Shown: positions 37,258-45,582 of the stretch, piece by piece
Layout of the letters: each line of letters opens with the position of its first letter
How positions within the stretch are numbered: the stretch's first letter is position 1
From: Verrucomicrobiales bacterium
GTDB lineage: Bacteria > Verrucomicrobiota > Verrucomicrobiia > Verrucomicrobiales > V1-33
NCBI GenBank assembly: GCA_031411295.1
Contig: JANOAV010000051.1
Location: forward strand, 1 to 64,000
Reading direction: 5' to 3'
DNA: 64,000 bases
Made by a program: the position numbers and the translations under genes
Notes under the pieces: generated by a model
Told to the model about the DNA's origin: nothing
Databases searched by the model: none
What the model saw: the letters and a program-made list of their open reading frames with translations, nothing else

Positions 37258-39342
37258 CTACAGGTTATCAATCGTGTCTCGCAGCATTTCCGATTCAAAA
37301 GGAGTCAACGAAAGCTTCGATGGTTCAACTCGATGAAGGTTATCGATGATTGAGTCTACATCATCACCGAGATCGTGTTTTTGGAGCACTTGGAGCGTGA
37401 GCTTGTAGGGCAGGCCGTATTCTTCGAGCACAGTCACCGCTGGGTGCATGAACAGATGTTTCACCATCCCACCAAAGAGGCGGTAATCTCCAGGTTTCAT
37501 ATTCTGACGCTCGAAGACCGACCGCTGAATTCGCTCGATGGCTCCCAGGAACTTGGGGAAATGAAACTCACACCACTGGCGCAAGAATTTCAGGACACGC
37601 TCGATGGCATCAGAGGGGCTTTTGGTTTGAGGGTTCGCTAGCTCGATTCGGATAAGCTGCGGGATGGACGGGTTGTTGTAGAAGCGGAAGAGCAAGAACG
37701 AGAGTTGCTTGCCACTGGCGACACCATCACGGGGTTTGTCGCCGAGGAAGTGTTTGAAGATCAAACGGCACACCTCCTGGAGCTGAGGTCCCGTTGGGAT
37801 GCTGGACCAGCTCAACAGAGGATGATACTTGTGAGGATTGGATGCAATCTCGGTCGCCAGATCCAGTTGAGGGCGAGGTTCAACACCGCTGTTCGAGCGC
37901 ATTACCTCAATGGGAAGAATGTCTTGGGCGTGCAGGTATCGAAGCTGCTCTTGGGCGCGCTCGGATAGATCACGCTGATCCAGTTGAATCAACAGCGATT
38001 CCGGCGCGCCAGTATGAGTCAGTGATGGAAAATCCACGATGGGCAGTTCAGGATCTGGCTCAGCGTGGAGAACGTAAACATGCCCAACAAAGTGCTTCAG
38101 CATTCGGCCAGCCCTTCCTTTGATGTTGTTGAAGGTGAACTGGTCGAACTTCTTCGTCGCGATCTTGTTGTCGTAGATGATGATGTTCTTCGCTGAAGTG
38201 TTTACCCCCTCAATGATGGTCGAGGTGCAGAGGAGGAATCGAATGGAGCCCTCGTTGAACTTCCTCAGCAAATGATACGCGATGGAGCGAGGTAGCGAGC
38301 CGTGGTGAACGCCATACCCCTGGTCCAGCAAGTCAGCGAGAATCCATTCAGGGTGGTAGTTGGCGCGCAGCCAGTCAGCCATCTCTTTAGCTTCTGTGCT
38401 TGGAGCGGCGACGCCCTCTGCGATTAGGTGGCCAGCGAGCTCAAAAGCGCTGGCTGCCGACTTGCAGAAAATCAACGTCGGCTCTGTTAGTGTGCGGCAG
38501 ATATCCAGCGCGTTCTCAAGTTCGGTCCCTTTCTGACTGTATCGGATTTCAGTTGCGACTGTGGTGAAATCGAACCGGAAGAATCTGAAATTGAGTTCAC
38601 TTTCGTTGATCGTTATGTCCTGAACGTTAGGACCGATCAGAAAGAACTGCGCACCAGATTTGAACAACTGGTAAAACGCCTGATTCAACACGAAGGTCCG
38701 CTCATCCCCTCGGTTATTGGGACTCAATTTGTAGAACTCATCCAGGATGAAGAACTCTGGATTGATCGCTGTCTCGAATTCGACAAAGCGCTCTTGGGTC
38801 AGGACGTAGATGTTCCGATCCGACCGCTCCTGTGATGGATGGGTAATGACCTTGAATTTCGTGCCAAACCGCTTCGCCAGACGCCTTCGAGTTTCGTCAA
38901 TCAGTGCTATGGTTGGCACAATGACGACGATACTTGAGAACCTCTCAGAAGCGATCATGGCGTCAATCAACAGGCTCTTGCCAAAGCTCGTGGGTGCGCT
39001 CAGAATGACATTCACTCCGTCCATTAGTGCTCGATAGACCTTGGCTTGCGCTGAGTGCAGCACGATCCCATCGAGGCCATCTGCACAGTGGTATTCCAGA
39101 TCGACAAAGTCTGCGGTCGAGAGTTTCGCATCATTTTCCAGGTAGGGATAAAGACCTGCCCGTTGCGTTAACGCCGACAGAATGACTGCATACCGCTCAA
39201 GAACTTGGCGATGTTCCAGCACGCGAATGAGCGCGTCGCGCCCATCGTTCTCGCGAGTCTCAAGTAAACCTGAGATCTCAGCCAACGCGGAGAAGCCATT
39301 CTCCTTCAGCCAGCCGGGGTTGGAGAAACGCTCGTTACTCAT
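37258..39342 (-). CDS. hamB: Hachiman helicase HamB (SF2, Ski2-like)
   Basis: SAPTSFGKS, VPTIALIDE, LDEFYK, TSTIIEGVN, KGRAGR; 4-bp overlap with the DUF1837 gene. Confidence 0.88.
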   Translation of the reverse strand: MSNERFSNPGWLKENGFSALAEISGLLETRENDGRDALIRVLEHRQVLERYAVILSALTQRAGLYPYLENDAKLSTADFVDLEYHCADGLDGIVLHSAQAKVYRALMDGVNVILSAPTSFGKSLLIDAMIASERFSSIVVIVPTIALIDETRRRLAKRFGTKFKVITHPSQERSDRNIYVLTQERFVEFETAINPEFFILDEFYKLSPNNRGDERTFVLNQAFYQLFKSGAQFFLIGPNVQDITINESELNFRFFRFDFTTVATEIRYSQKGTELENALDICRTLTEPTLIFCKSAASAFELAGHLIAEGVAAPSTEAKEMADWLRANYHPEWILADLLDQGYGVHHGSLPRSIAYHLLRKFNEGSIRFLLCTSTIIEGVNTSAKNIIIYDNKIATKKFDQFTFNNIKGRAGRMLKHFVGHVYVLHAEPDPELPIVDFPSLTHTGAPESLLIQLDQRDLSERAQEQLRYLHAQDILPIEVMRSNSGVEPRPQLDLATEIASNPHKYHPLLSWSSIPTGPQLQEVCRLIFKHFLGDKPRDGVASGKQLSFLLFRFYNNPSIPQLIRIELANPQTKSPSDAIERVLKFLRQWCEFHFPKFLGAIERIQRSVFERQNMKPGDYRLFGGMVKHLFMHPAVTVLEEYGLPYKLTLQVLQKHDLGDDVDSIIDNLHRVEPSKLSLTPFESEMLRDTIDNL

Positions 39343-40196
39343 CGCTGCATGCCCTCCAGCTTGCTGTGAAGAAGTTTGACCAAAGTTTCCTTCTCGTGAA
39401 GCGGCACAAGAAACAGGTGGATCCGAATGTCAGGCAGCTTCGAAGCTCCAAACTTCGAGGCTATTGCCGTCATCTCCACCTTGAGTTCATCCTTGAACGC
39501 CGTGCAAACCTTCGTGTGAGAAGCCACACACCTGCTCTCATATGTAACGAGGGCGGAGATGCAAATGCGCGCAAACACTTCGTCGAGTGACTTTCGCCGG
39601 TTGATCAACTCCTTCACCTTGTCGCAGTGCTTCCAGCGCGGGTCCAGTTTGGTTCCAATCAGGACGAACTCGTCACGCAGGTAGCGCTGCTCGGTGTGAT
39701 CCACTATCTCTTTGGTGATGTCTGCCACCGCCGCATTGGCGTTCTTGTAGAATTTGACCTCTCCAAGCCACAGCTCAAGATCATCACCGTTCTCCACGAT
39801 GTGAACGGCATCAAAGCCCTTCACCGTCTCGTTGTTTGCAGACTTGTAGTAGATCTTGCTGATGGCCGGTTCAGAGTCAAAAACCTGACGGAGCAACGCA
39901 TGAAGCAGCAATTCGCCAAACTCTCCGCGCTTCTGATATTTGTCTGTGGTGTAAACGACCTTGGCTGCCTGCTTCACCAGCCTCATTGCTGTGCCAGAGT
40001 TGAATTCTTCTAGCTCCGAATACTTCAGTGCAAATTCTGGAAGCCAGTCAAAGAGGTAGTTGGCCAGCTCATCGTTGCGGAACTTTCCTTGCTCGTAGCC
40101 TGCACTCGCCCCCGTAAGTCCTGGACTACTCGCCTTGTCATGAATGACCAAATCGAAGAATGCTTCGGGTCTGTCTTGATAGGGGCGCATTCTCAA
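39339..40196 (-). CDS. hamA: Hachiman HamA (DUF1837 nuclease); start TTG 40196 or ATG 40190
   Basis: RGEFGELLLH, KIYYK, KGFDAVH, LWLGEVKFY, HLFLVPL. Confidence 0.88.
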   Translation of the reverse strand: MRMRPYQDRPEAFFDLVIHDKASSPGLTGASAGYEQGKFRNDELANYLFDWLPEFALKYSELEEFNSGTAMRLVKQAAKVVYTTDKYQKRGEFGELLLHALLRQVFDSEPAISKIYYKSANNETVKGFDAVHIVENGDDLELWLGEVKFYKNANAAVADITKEIVDHTEQRYLRDEFVLIGTKLDPRWKHCDKVKELINRRKSLDEVFARICISALVTYESRCVASHTKVCTAFKDELKVEMTAIASKFGASKLPDIRIHLFLVPLHEKETLVKLLHSKLEGMQR

Positions 40197-40648
40197 TGAG
40201 TTCCTCTATTAGAGATCGGATTCCAAACCTTCGCGAACCCAAAACCCTCGAAATCCTTCACATTTGCCGTGGCAAACGCGGTGACGCCGAAGGCGCGGAG
40301 GCCGAGTGCTGTGCGGGTGTCGTAGATGCGGCGGCGGGCGAAGTCGGGAACGGCAGCTTGTTGCCAGAGTTCGGCGTGGAGTTCGCGGCTGGTGGGCGGG
40401 AAGCCGAGGATCTTCCATCGGGGGTGTTGGCGGTAACTTTGGATGACCGCGACGGCTTCCGGCGCAGTCAGCGGCTGGGCAAGGACGGCGGGATTGCGGA
40501 GCAGCAGGTAGAACTCGGTGAGCACGAACTCACTGATGGCCACATCCTCCCGTTGCGAGACAGACTCGATGAACTGGCGGGCTGCCGCGTGTTGTGGTGC
40601 GGCTTCGCTGTAGCAGTAAAGTAGGAGATTCGTGTCGATGGAGAGCAT
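40193..40648 (-). CDS. vapC: VapC-family PIN ribonuclease toxin
   Basis: MLSIDTNLLLY, EFY, IYDTRTA, FATANVKDF. Confidence 0.9.
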   Translation of the reverse strand: MLSIDTNLLLYCYSEAAPQHAAARQFIESVSQREDVAISEFVLTEFYLLLRNPAVLAQPLTAPEAVAVIQSYRQHPRWKILGFPPTSRELHAELWQQAAVPDFARRRIYDTRTALGLRAFGVTAFATANVKDFEGFGFAKVWNPISNRGTH

Positions 40649-40666
40649 GGCCGGTCAGAAGGTGTT

Positions 40667-40921
40667 TCAGGCCAAACGTGGGTCTCCATCGGCAAAGACA
40701 GCGTCACGGAGTTCGTCGGCGCTGAGGCCTTTCCACCCAACGCGATTGGAGGTCGGCGGTGTCCATGCGACGGCGGCCTTGCTAGATGTCTCGGGGTAGA
40801 CCTGAAGCAACAACTCAGCGCCACGGCGAAACGTCTCCGCCAAGGACCATTCTCGCTGTTTGGCGAAGGTGCGGAGTTCCTGAAACAACTCTTCTGGGAC
40901 TTGGATCTGTGTCTTTGTCAT
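40667..40921 (-). CDS. Ribbon-helix-helix antitoxin (VapB-like)
   Basis: MTKTQIQVPEELFQELR...SLAETFRRGAE; 84 aa directly upstream of PIN toxin. Confidence 0.85.
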   Translation of the reverse strand: MTKTQIQVPEELFQELRTFAKQREWSLAETFRRGAELLLQVYPETSSKAAVAWTPPTSNRVGWKGLSADELRDAVFADGDPRLA

Positions 40922-40957
40922 GATGGAGATTATCCCACTCCATCAAATTAATGTCAA
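40921..40957 (-). promoter_or_regulatory. Sigma70-type promoter with inverted-repeat operator for vapBC-hamAB
   Basis: TTGACA (40957-40952), 17 nt, GATAAT (40934-40929), 7 nt, ATG; perfect IR TGATGGAG-N9-CTCCATCA at 40921-40945. Confidence 0.8.
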
Positions 40958-41162
40958 TCACTGAATTAGACTCGGACCCGAAATTGCCCCTCATTTCCCC
41001 TTCCCTCACAGCTTCGCGTCGAAAACTGATAACCAGCAGCGATCAGCCTGTATGGCTAAATCCCAACTGCTCCGCAGTTCATTTTTTGAGTGATAGCCTG
41101 TTGGGTGATTTTTAGCGTCCCAGCTCACGTTTTTAGGATCATCCTTCCCCGTCGCTGAAAAC

Positions 41163-42389
41163 TCACTTCAAGAGACGCCTTGCTTCATCCATCATCGGAT
41201 GATCGAAGGCGGACGCATAGGCATCGAGGGTAGATGCGTTGAGGCGGAGTTGGCGGCCAGTTTTGCGCCAGTTGGTGACGGTGGTGAGGACTTCGTGCAG
41301 GATGGTTTTGGCGGCTGTGGTCTTAAGACCAAAGCGTGGAGCGGCGGACAGGGCGGCTTCGATACTTGGCTCTTCTTGGTCTTCAGTGATGGGTGTCTTG
41401 GGCGTTTGGGTGCGGTCGATCTCGGGCACGGGATTGACGTCGTAGGCTGGAGAAAGAGACCAGCGGCCAGAATTGAGCATGAGGAATCCGTGGTTGCGGA
41501 GGTGGTCGTCGTAGTTGCTGGCAAGCAGTGAGAAGACAAGGCGGCGCCACAGTTCGCGGAGATCGTTGGTGGTGTTGTCGCCCAGTTGGCGGATACCATC
41601 GGCGAGCATGGTGTAGGCACCGGATTGGCCTGGCGCGAGACCGAGCAGGCTGTGCGCGGAAATGAATGGGATTCGTCGTGGGCCATCACGGTCGAATCGA
41701 GTGATGACTGAAACGCTCTTGCCTTTCACGTTCACAAGCTGGTGACCCGAGACATGGATGCCTGCTTTCTTGGCAAGGGTGAGGGCAAGGATTTCGCCAG
41801 CGGCGATGTCGCGCAGGTCGTCGGGTTTGGAAAACTTGGCGATGGCGAGCTGGCCATTGGATAGCGCGACGGCGGACTTGGGGCGTGCGCCTCCGAGCGG
41901 TGATCCCTGGCCGAGCAGAAAGCGAAGGTCTTGCGCGGTCTCGGTCTCCCCGTGGACGGCGTTGGCGGCGTTCAAGAGGGCCGAGAGCTGCACGATTGGA
42001 GGGATCTTTCCGCTGCTGGCGGCTTGAAAGGGGCCATTGTCATCCGCCCGAAAGCGTAGCGCGCCGATGCGGGAACCGTCATCCAGCGCAAGCACATAGT
42101 CGAGGTCTTGATACGGTTTGCGTTCGATCACCTGCTTGCGCACCGCGCGCTCGATCAACATCCGCCCCCAGCGGTCCGGGCCGCAATCCTGCATCGCACC
42201 GAAGAGCGTGGCGCTATGGTGGGCTCCGGCGCGCAGCGGTAGCGACGTGGGATCGATGGAGAAAGCTCCAGGCCGCCGAAGCCAGTCAGTCGTGTATTCA
42301 AACGACACCGCACTGCTGCGATCCGCCGTGTGGAGACGTCCGACATGATGCGTTTCACCTTCCCACTCGATGTGAACTTCGACACTCAT
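41163..42389 (-). CDS. hipA: HipA-family kinase toxin
   Basis: PDRWGR, GSPLGGARPK, ITRFDR, NYDDHLRNHGF, LSPAYDVNP. Confidence 0.93.
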   Translation of the reverse strand: MSVEVHIEWEGETHHVGRLHTADRSSAVSFEYTTDWLRRPGAFSIDPTSLPLRAGAHHSATLFGAMQDCGPDRWGRMLIERAVRKQVIERKPYQDLDYVLALDDGSRIGALRFRADDNGPFQAASSGKIPPIVQLSALLNAANAVHGETETAQDLRFLLGQGSPLGGARPKSAVALSNGQLAIAKFSKPDDLRDIAAGEILALTLAKKAGIHVSGHQLVNVKGKSVSVITRFDRDGPRRIPFISAHSLLGLAPGQSGAYTMLADGIRQLGDNTTNDLRELWRRLVFSLLASNYDDHLRNHGFLMLNSGRWSLSPAYDVNPVPEIDRTQTPKTPITEDQEEPSIEAALSAAPRFGLKTTAAKTILHEVLTTVTNWRKTGRQLRLNASTLDAYASAFDHPMMDEARRLLK

Positions 42390-42700
42390 GATCGTGTGCG
42401 GCGGATGCGTTTGGGCAAACGCCCTTCATCAAGGCTGAGCGCGAGGGCATCGGTTGCAGGCGCAGCGAGATCCGCGAGACGGTCATGCAACTGAAGCACA
42501 AATGTCGCAGTCGCGAGCGTGCCAAGGGCTACAGTGGGATCCCCACGCTCCAAGCGCCAAAGTGTGTCGCGGCTGATGAACAGACGCTCGGCCATGTCAG
42601 CAGTGGCGATGCCGCGCTTCCGACGCGCAAGCGCGAGGTCGCGCCCCAGTTTGCGAAGTGCGTGGGCGGCGGGAAGGGGAAGCGATGGTGGCTTTGGCAT
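42386..42700 (-). CDS. XRE/HTH antitoxin (HipB-like)
   Basis: LALARRKRG...MAERLFISRDTLWRLERGDPTV; ATGA overlap with hipA; ATG 42700 fits the promoter. Confidence 0.88.
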   Translation of the reverse strand: MPKPPSLPLPAAHALRKLGRDLALARRKRGIATADMAERLFISRDTLWRLERGDPTVALGTLATATFVLQLHDRLADLAAPATDALALSLDEGRLPKRIRRTRS

Positions 42701-42758
42701 GTCTGTTATTGTCCGGTATAGACGACATTGTGTCAAGCAGTGTCTGTTTTAGACGACA
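42700..42758 (-). promoter_or_regulatory. Sigma70-type promoter with two TGTC-N10-GACA operators for hipBA
   Basis: TTGACA (42736-42731), 17 nt, GACAAT (42713-42708), 7 nt, ATG; TGTCCGGTATAGACGACA at 42710-42727 and TGTCTGTTTTAGACGACA at 42741-42758. Confidence 0.78.
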
Positions 42759-42765
42759 CTCTCGA

Positions 42766-42865
42766 TCACCACTTCCCCCCCAGCTTCGCAAACTTCTCGG
42801 GCAGGTTGAAAAAGTCCTTCCCCGTCACGGAAAAAGCCGTGCGTTCAATGGCGTGCCGCGCACGC
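42766..42865 (-). pseudogene. Probable 3' remnant of an unidentified gene
   Basis: Protein-like tail ARHAIERTAFSVTGKDFFNLPEKFAKLGGKW* with coding-like codons; upstream part looks non-coding. Confidence 0.35.
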
Positions 42866-42994
42866 GTTGGCGGTAAGCGGAGATCAGGTCCTACTGACCG
42901 ATCTGCTCTGGGGTTGGCTCTCCGTTGGTTGCCAGGATTTGCAGGGATCGGGGATGCGGGCGACATCGACTTGGCTACGGTAGTAGTGGGCTAC

Positions 42995-43174
42995 TCACTG
43001 TCTTTTGGAACGAACAGGATTCACGGGCTTGGGAGCGGGCGTGATTCGCAGGCCATTCAAATCCCGCCGCATTTCTTCGAGCATACGCAGTTTTTCCCCC
43101 ACGGGCAAAGCGGCTAGGGCTTTGCGGCGGGCTTGTTTACGAGCTAGGAATTGCTGCATGGGTTCGGTCGTCAT
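42995..43174 (-). CDS. Small basic helical hypothetical protein (TA-associated type)
   Basis: MQQFLARKQARRKALAALPVGEKLRMLEEMR pattern resembles small proteins seen near TA/nucleotidyltransferase loci. Confidence 0.55.
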   Translation of the reverse strand: MTTEPMQQFLARKQARRKALAALPVGEKLRMLEEMRRDLNGLRITPAPKPVNPVRSKRQ

Positions 43175-43413
43175 GACGGGTATGTTTGCTGGAATTTCGC
43201 CCATTTGTCCATCAAATCATGGCGGAGCAGAATCCGCTCGAAAGTGGTCGCTTCGAGGACGCCTGCTTCCACGAAGCGGGATACTCGGTCGTGGTCCATT
43301 GGTTCCAGCCAAAAGATGGCTCCGATGGCTCAGTCGATGGCATAGCGCCCGATGACCCCATCCGATTCCATTTGCTTGATGATTGAAAAGATTTTTTCCA
43401 TGGCTTTTATCGA

Positions 43414-45414
43414 TCACTTTCCGTCCTTCTTTTTCCTGAAGAACTCTTTCGCAGGAGGTTGTTCTTTTGTGATCGGCATCTGTTTGCCCACGGGCGTGAT
43501 GTGCGGGGGCGGGGTGACGTCGGTGGTTTTTTGGCGTTCGTCTAGCAGACGGGTGGCGATGTGTTTTAGGCCGAGTTTAGTGAGGGTGGCTCGGAGCGCG
43601 GTGCGCATTTCGGGCTTATACCAGAAGAAGAAACTGCGTTGGGTTTGCTTTTCCTCGGGGGTGCGGGCGACATCGACTTTGCTGCCGTCGTAGGGGTGGG
43701 TGCCGGTGGCGTAGATCTCGGTGGCTACGGTCATGGGTGTGGGGGTGAAGTCTTGGACTTGTTCCAGGCGGAAGCCCAGATCCTTTGTTTTCAGCGCGAG
43801 TTCGGCCATGTCTTCGGGGCGGGAACCGGGGTGGCTGCTGATGAAGTAGGGGATGACGGGAGTGTTAGGCTTCCCGGCTTTTTTGGAGGCGGCATCGAAC
43901 TTTTCTTTGAACTTGTAGAAGAGGTTGAAGGTGGGTTTGCGCATGACTTTGAGCACGTGGTCGCTGGTGTGCTCGGGAGCGACTTTGATGCGGCCGGGGA
44001 CGTGATGGGCGGCCAGTTCGTCGATGTATTTCTCGTGGCTGGCTTTGACTTCGGGCGTGGTGCCTTTGTCGTGGAGGAAGAGATCGTAGCGGATGCCGCT
44101 GGCGACGAAGGCGTGTTTGACGCCATCGGTTTTGCGGACGGCTTCGTAAATGTCCAGCAGCGGGGAGTGGTCGGTGTTGAGATTGCGACAAACATCGGGC
44201 CAGATGCACGACGGGCGGATGCATTCATCGCAGATCCACTGCTGTTTGCCCTTCATTTGATACATGTTAGCCGAGGGCCCGCCGAGATCGCTGATGGTGC
44301 CTTTGAAGTCTGGCATTTTTTTGATGGATTCCACTTCCTTGAGGATGGATTCCTTGGATCGGCTGGCGACGAATTTTCCCTGATGCGCCGAAATGGTGCA
44401 GAAGCTGCAACCACCGAAACAGCCTCGGTGCATGTTGATCGAGTGCTTGATCATTTCGTAAGCGGGGATGGGGCCTCGTTTGCGATACTTCGGGTGCGGC
44501 AGCCGCGTGTAGGGCAGCTCGAAGGAGGCATCGATCTGATTTTCCGTCATGACAGGAAATGGCGGGTTCACCACCAGCAGTTGTTCTCCGGTTTGCTGGA
44601 TGAGGCGTCGGGCGTTGACGCGGTTGGATTCCGTTTCGATGTGTTTGAAATTTTTCGAATAGTGCTCACGGTTCACCAGACATTCGTCGTGCGAGTGCAG
44701 CACGAAGTCTTCCCAGTTCTTGTTTTTTGCAGGCACCTGGCCGGGAGGAAGCAGCAGAGCGGTCTGCGGAACGGCTGCGAGGGAGGAAAAGGGCACGCCA
44801 CGTTTTAGCAGGCGGACGCATTCTTTCAGCGGCAATTCTCCCATGCCGTAGATGAGCAGGTCCGCCCGGCTATCGGCTAGGATGGAGGGCATGAGTTTAT
44901 TGGACCAGTAATCGAAATGCGTGACGCGACGCAGGCTGGCTTCGATGCCGCCGATCATGACGGGCGTGTCAGGGAAGAGGTCCTTGAGGATGTTGGAATA
45001 AACGGTGGTCGCATAATCCGGACGGAAACCATGCTGTCCACCAGGCGTGTAAGCATCCTCGCTGCGGAGTTTCTTGGCGGCGGTGTAGTGATTCACCATG
45101 GAGTCCATGCAGCCGGAAGTGACTCCGAAGAACATCTTGGGCGCACCGAGTTTCTTGAAGTCCCGCAGATCATCCCGCCAGTTAGGCTGGGCAATGATAG
45201 CCACGCGCAGGCCCTCTGCTTCCAACATGCGGCCAATCACCGCCGTGCCGAAAGCCGGGTGATCGACATAGGCATCACCAGAAACGATAATGACGTCCAA
45301 CTCATCCCAACCACGGGCCAGCACCTCATCGCGAGTGGTCGGCAGCCAGCGGGCCGGATTCCAAGTGGGATCGCGGAAGGCAGGCAGGATGGTGTTGTCG
45401 TTTGCAGGGGTCAT
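43414..45414 (-). CDS. ygiQ: YgiQ-family radical SAM protein
   Basis: SGDAYVDHPAFG, GCMDSMVNHYT, RGCFGGCSFC, DLGGPSANMY, KVAPEH, EQVQDFTPTPMT. Confidence 0.95.
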   Translation of the reverse strand: MTPANDNTILPAFRDPTWNPARWLPTTRDEVLARGWDELDVIIVSGDAYVDHPAFGTAVIGRMLEAEGLRVAIIAQPNWRDDLRDFKKLGAPKMFFGVTSGCMDSMVNHYTAAKKLRSEDAYTPGGQHGFRPDYATTVYSNILKDLFPDTPVMIGGIEASLRRVTHFDYWSNKLMPSILADSRADLLIYGMGELPLKECVRLLKRGVPFSSLAAVPQTALLLPPGQVPAKNKNWEDFVLHSHDECLVNREHYSKNFKHIETESNRVNARRLIQQTGEQLLVVNPPFPVMTENQIDASFELPYTRLPHPKYRKRGPIPAYEMIKHSINMHRGCFGGCSFCTISAHQGKFVASRSKESILKEVESIKKMPDFKGTISDLGGPSANMYQMKGKQQWICDECIRPSCIWPDVCRNLNTDHSPLLDIYEAVRKTDGVKHAFVASGIRYDLFLHDKGTTPEVKASHEKYIDELAAHHVPGRIKVAPEHTSDHVLKVMRKPTFNLFYKFKEKFDAASKKAGKPNTPVIPYFISSHPGSRPEDMAELALKTKDLGFRLEQVQDFTPTPMTVATEIYATGTHPYDGSKVDVARTPEEKQTQRSFFFWYKPEMRTALRATLTKLGLKHIATRLLDERQKTTDVTPPPHITPVGKQMPITKEQPPAKEFFRKKKDGK

Positions 45415-45582
45415 GTTTAGGGATTCCGCTTTGGGGTGGGCGTGATCATGCGCTGTGCGGAGGTAAATCGCAACGAGCATTTATCTTGAGGGTCGGGCAG
45501 AATTTTGATGTCCCAGCTCGACCGCGCCAGGCTGTGCTTTTAGAAAGAATCCTCCGACGCTCCGGCAATTTACTGCTCCATC

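Noticed and set aside
36891..37298. 135-aa minus-strand ORF
   Set aside because: Antisense of the Fic remnant
43639..44808. 389-aa plus-strand ORF
   Set aside because: Antisense shadow of ygiQ
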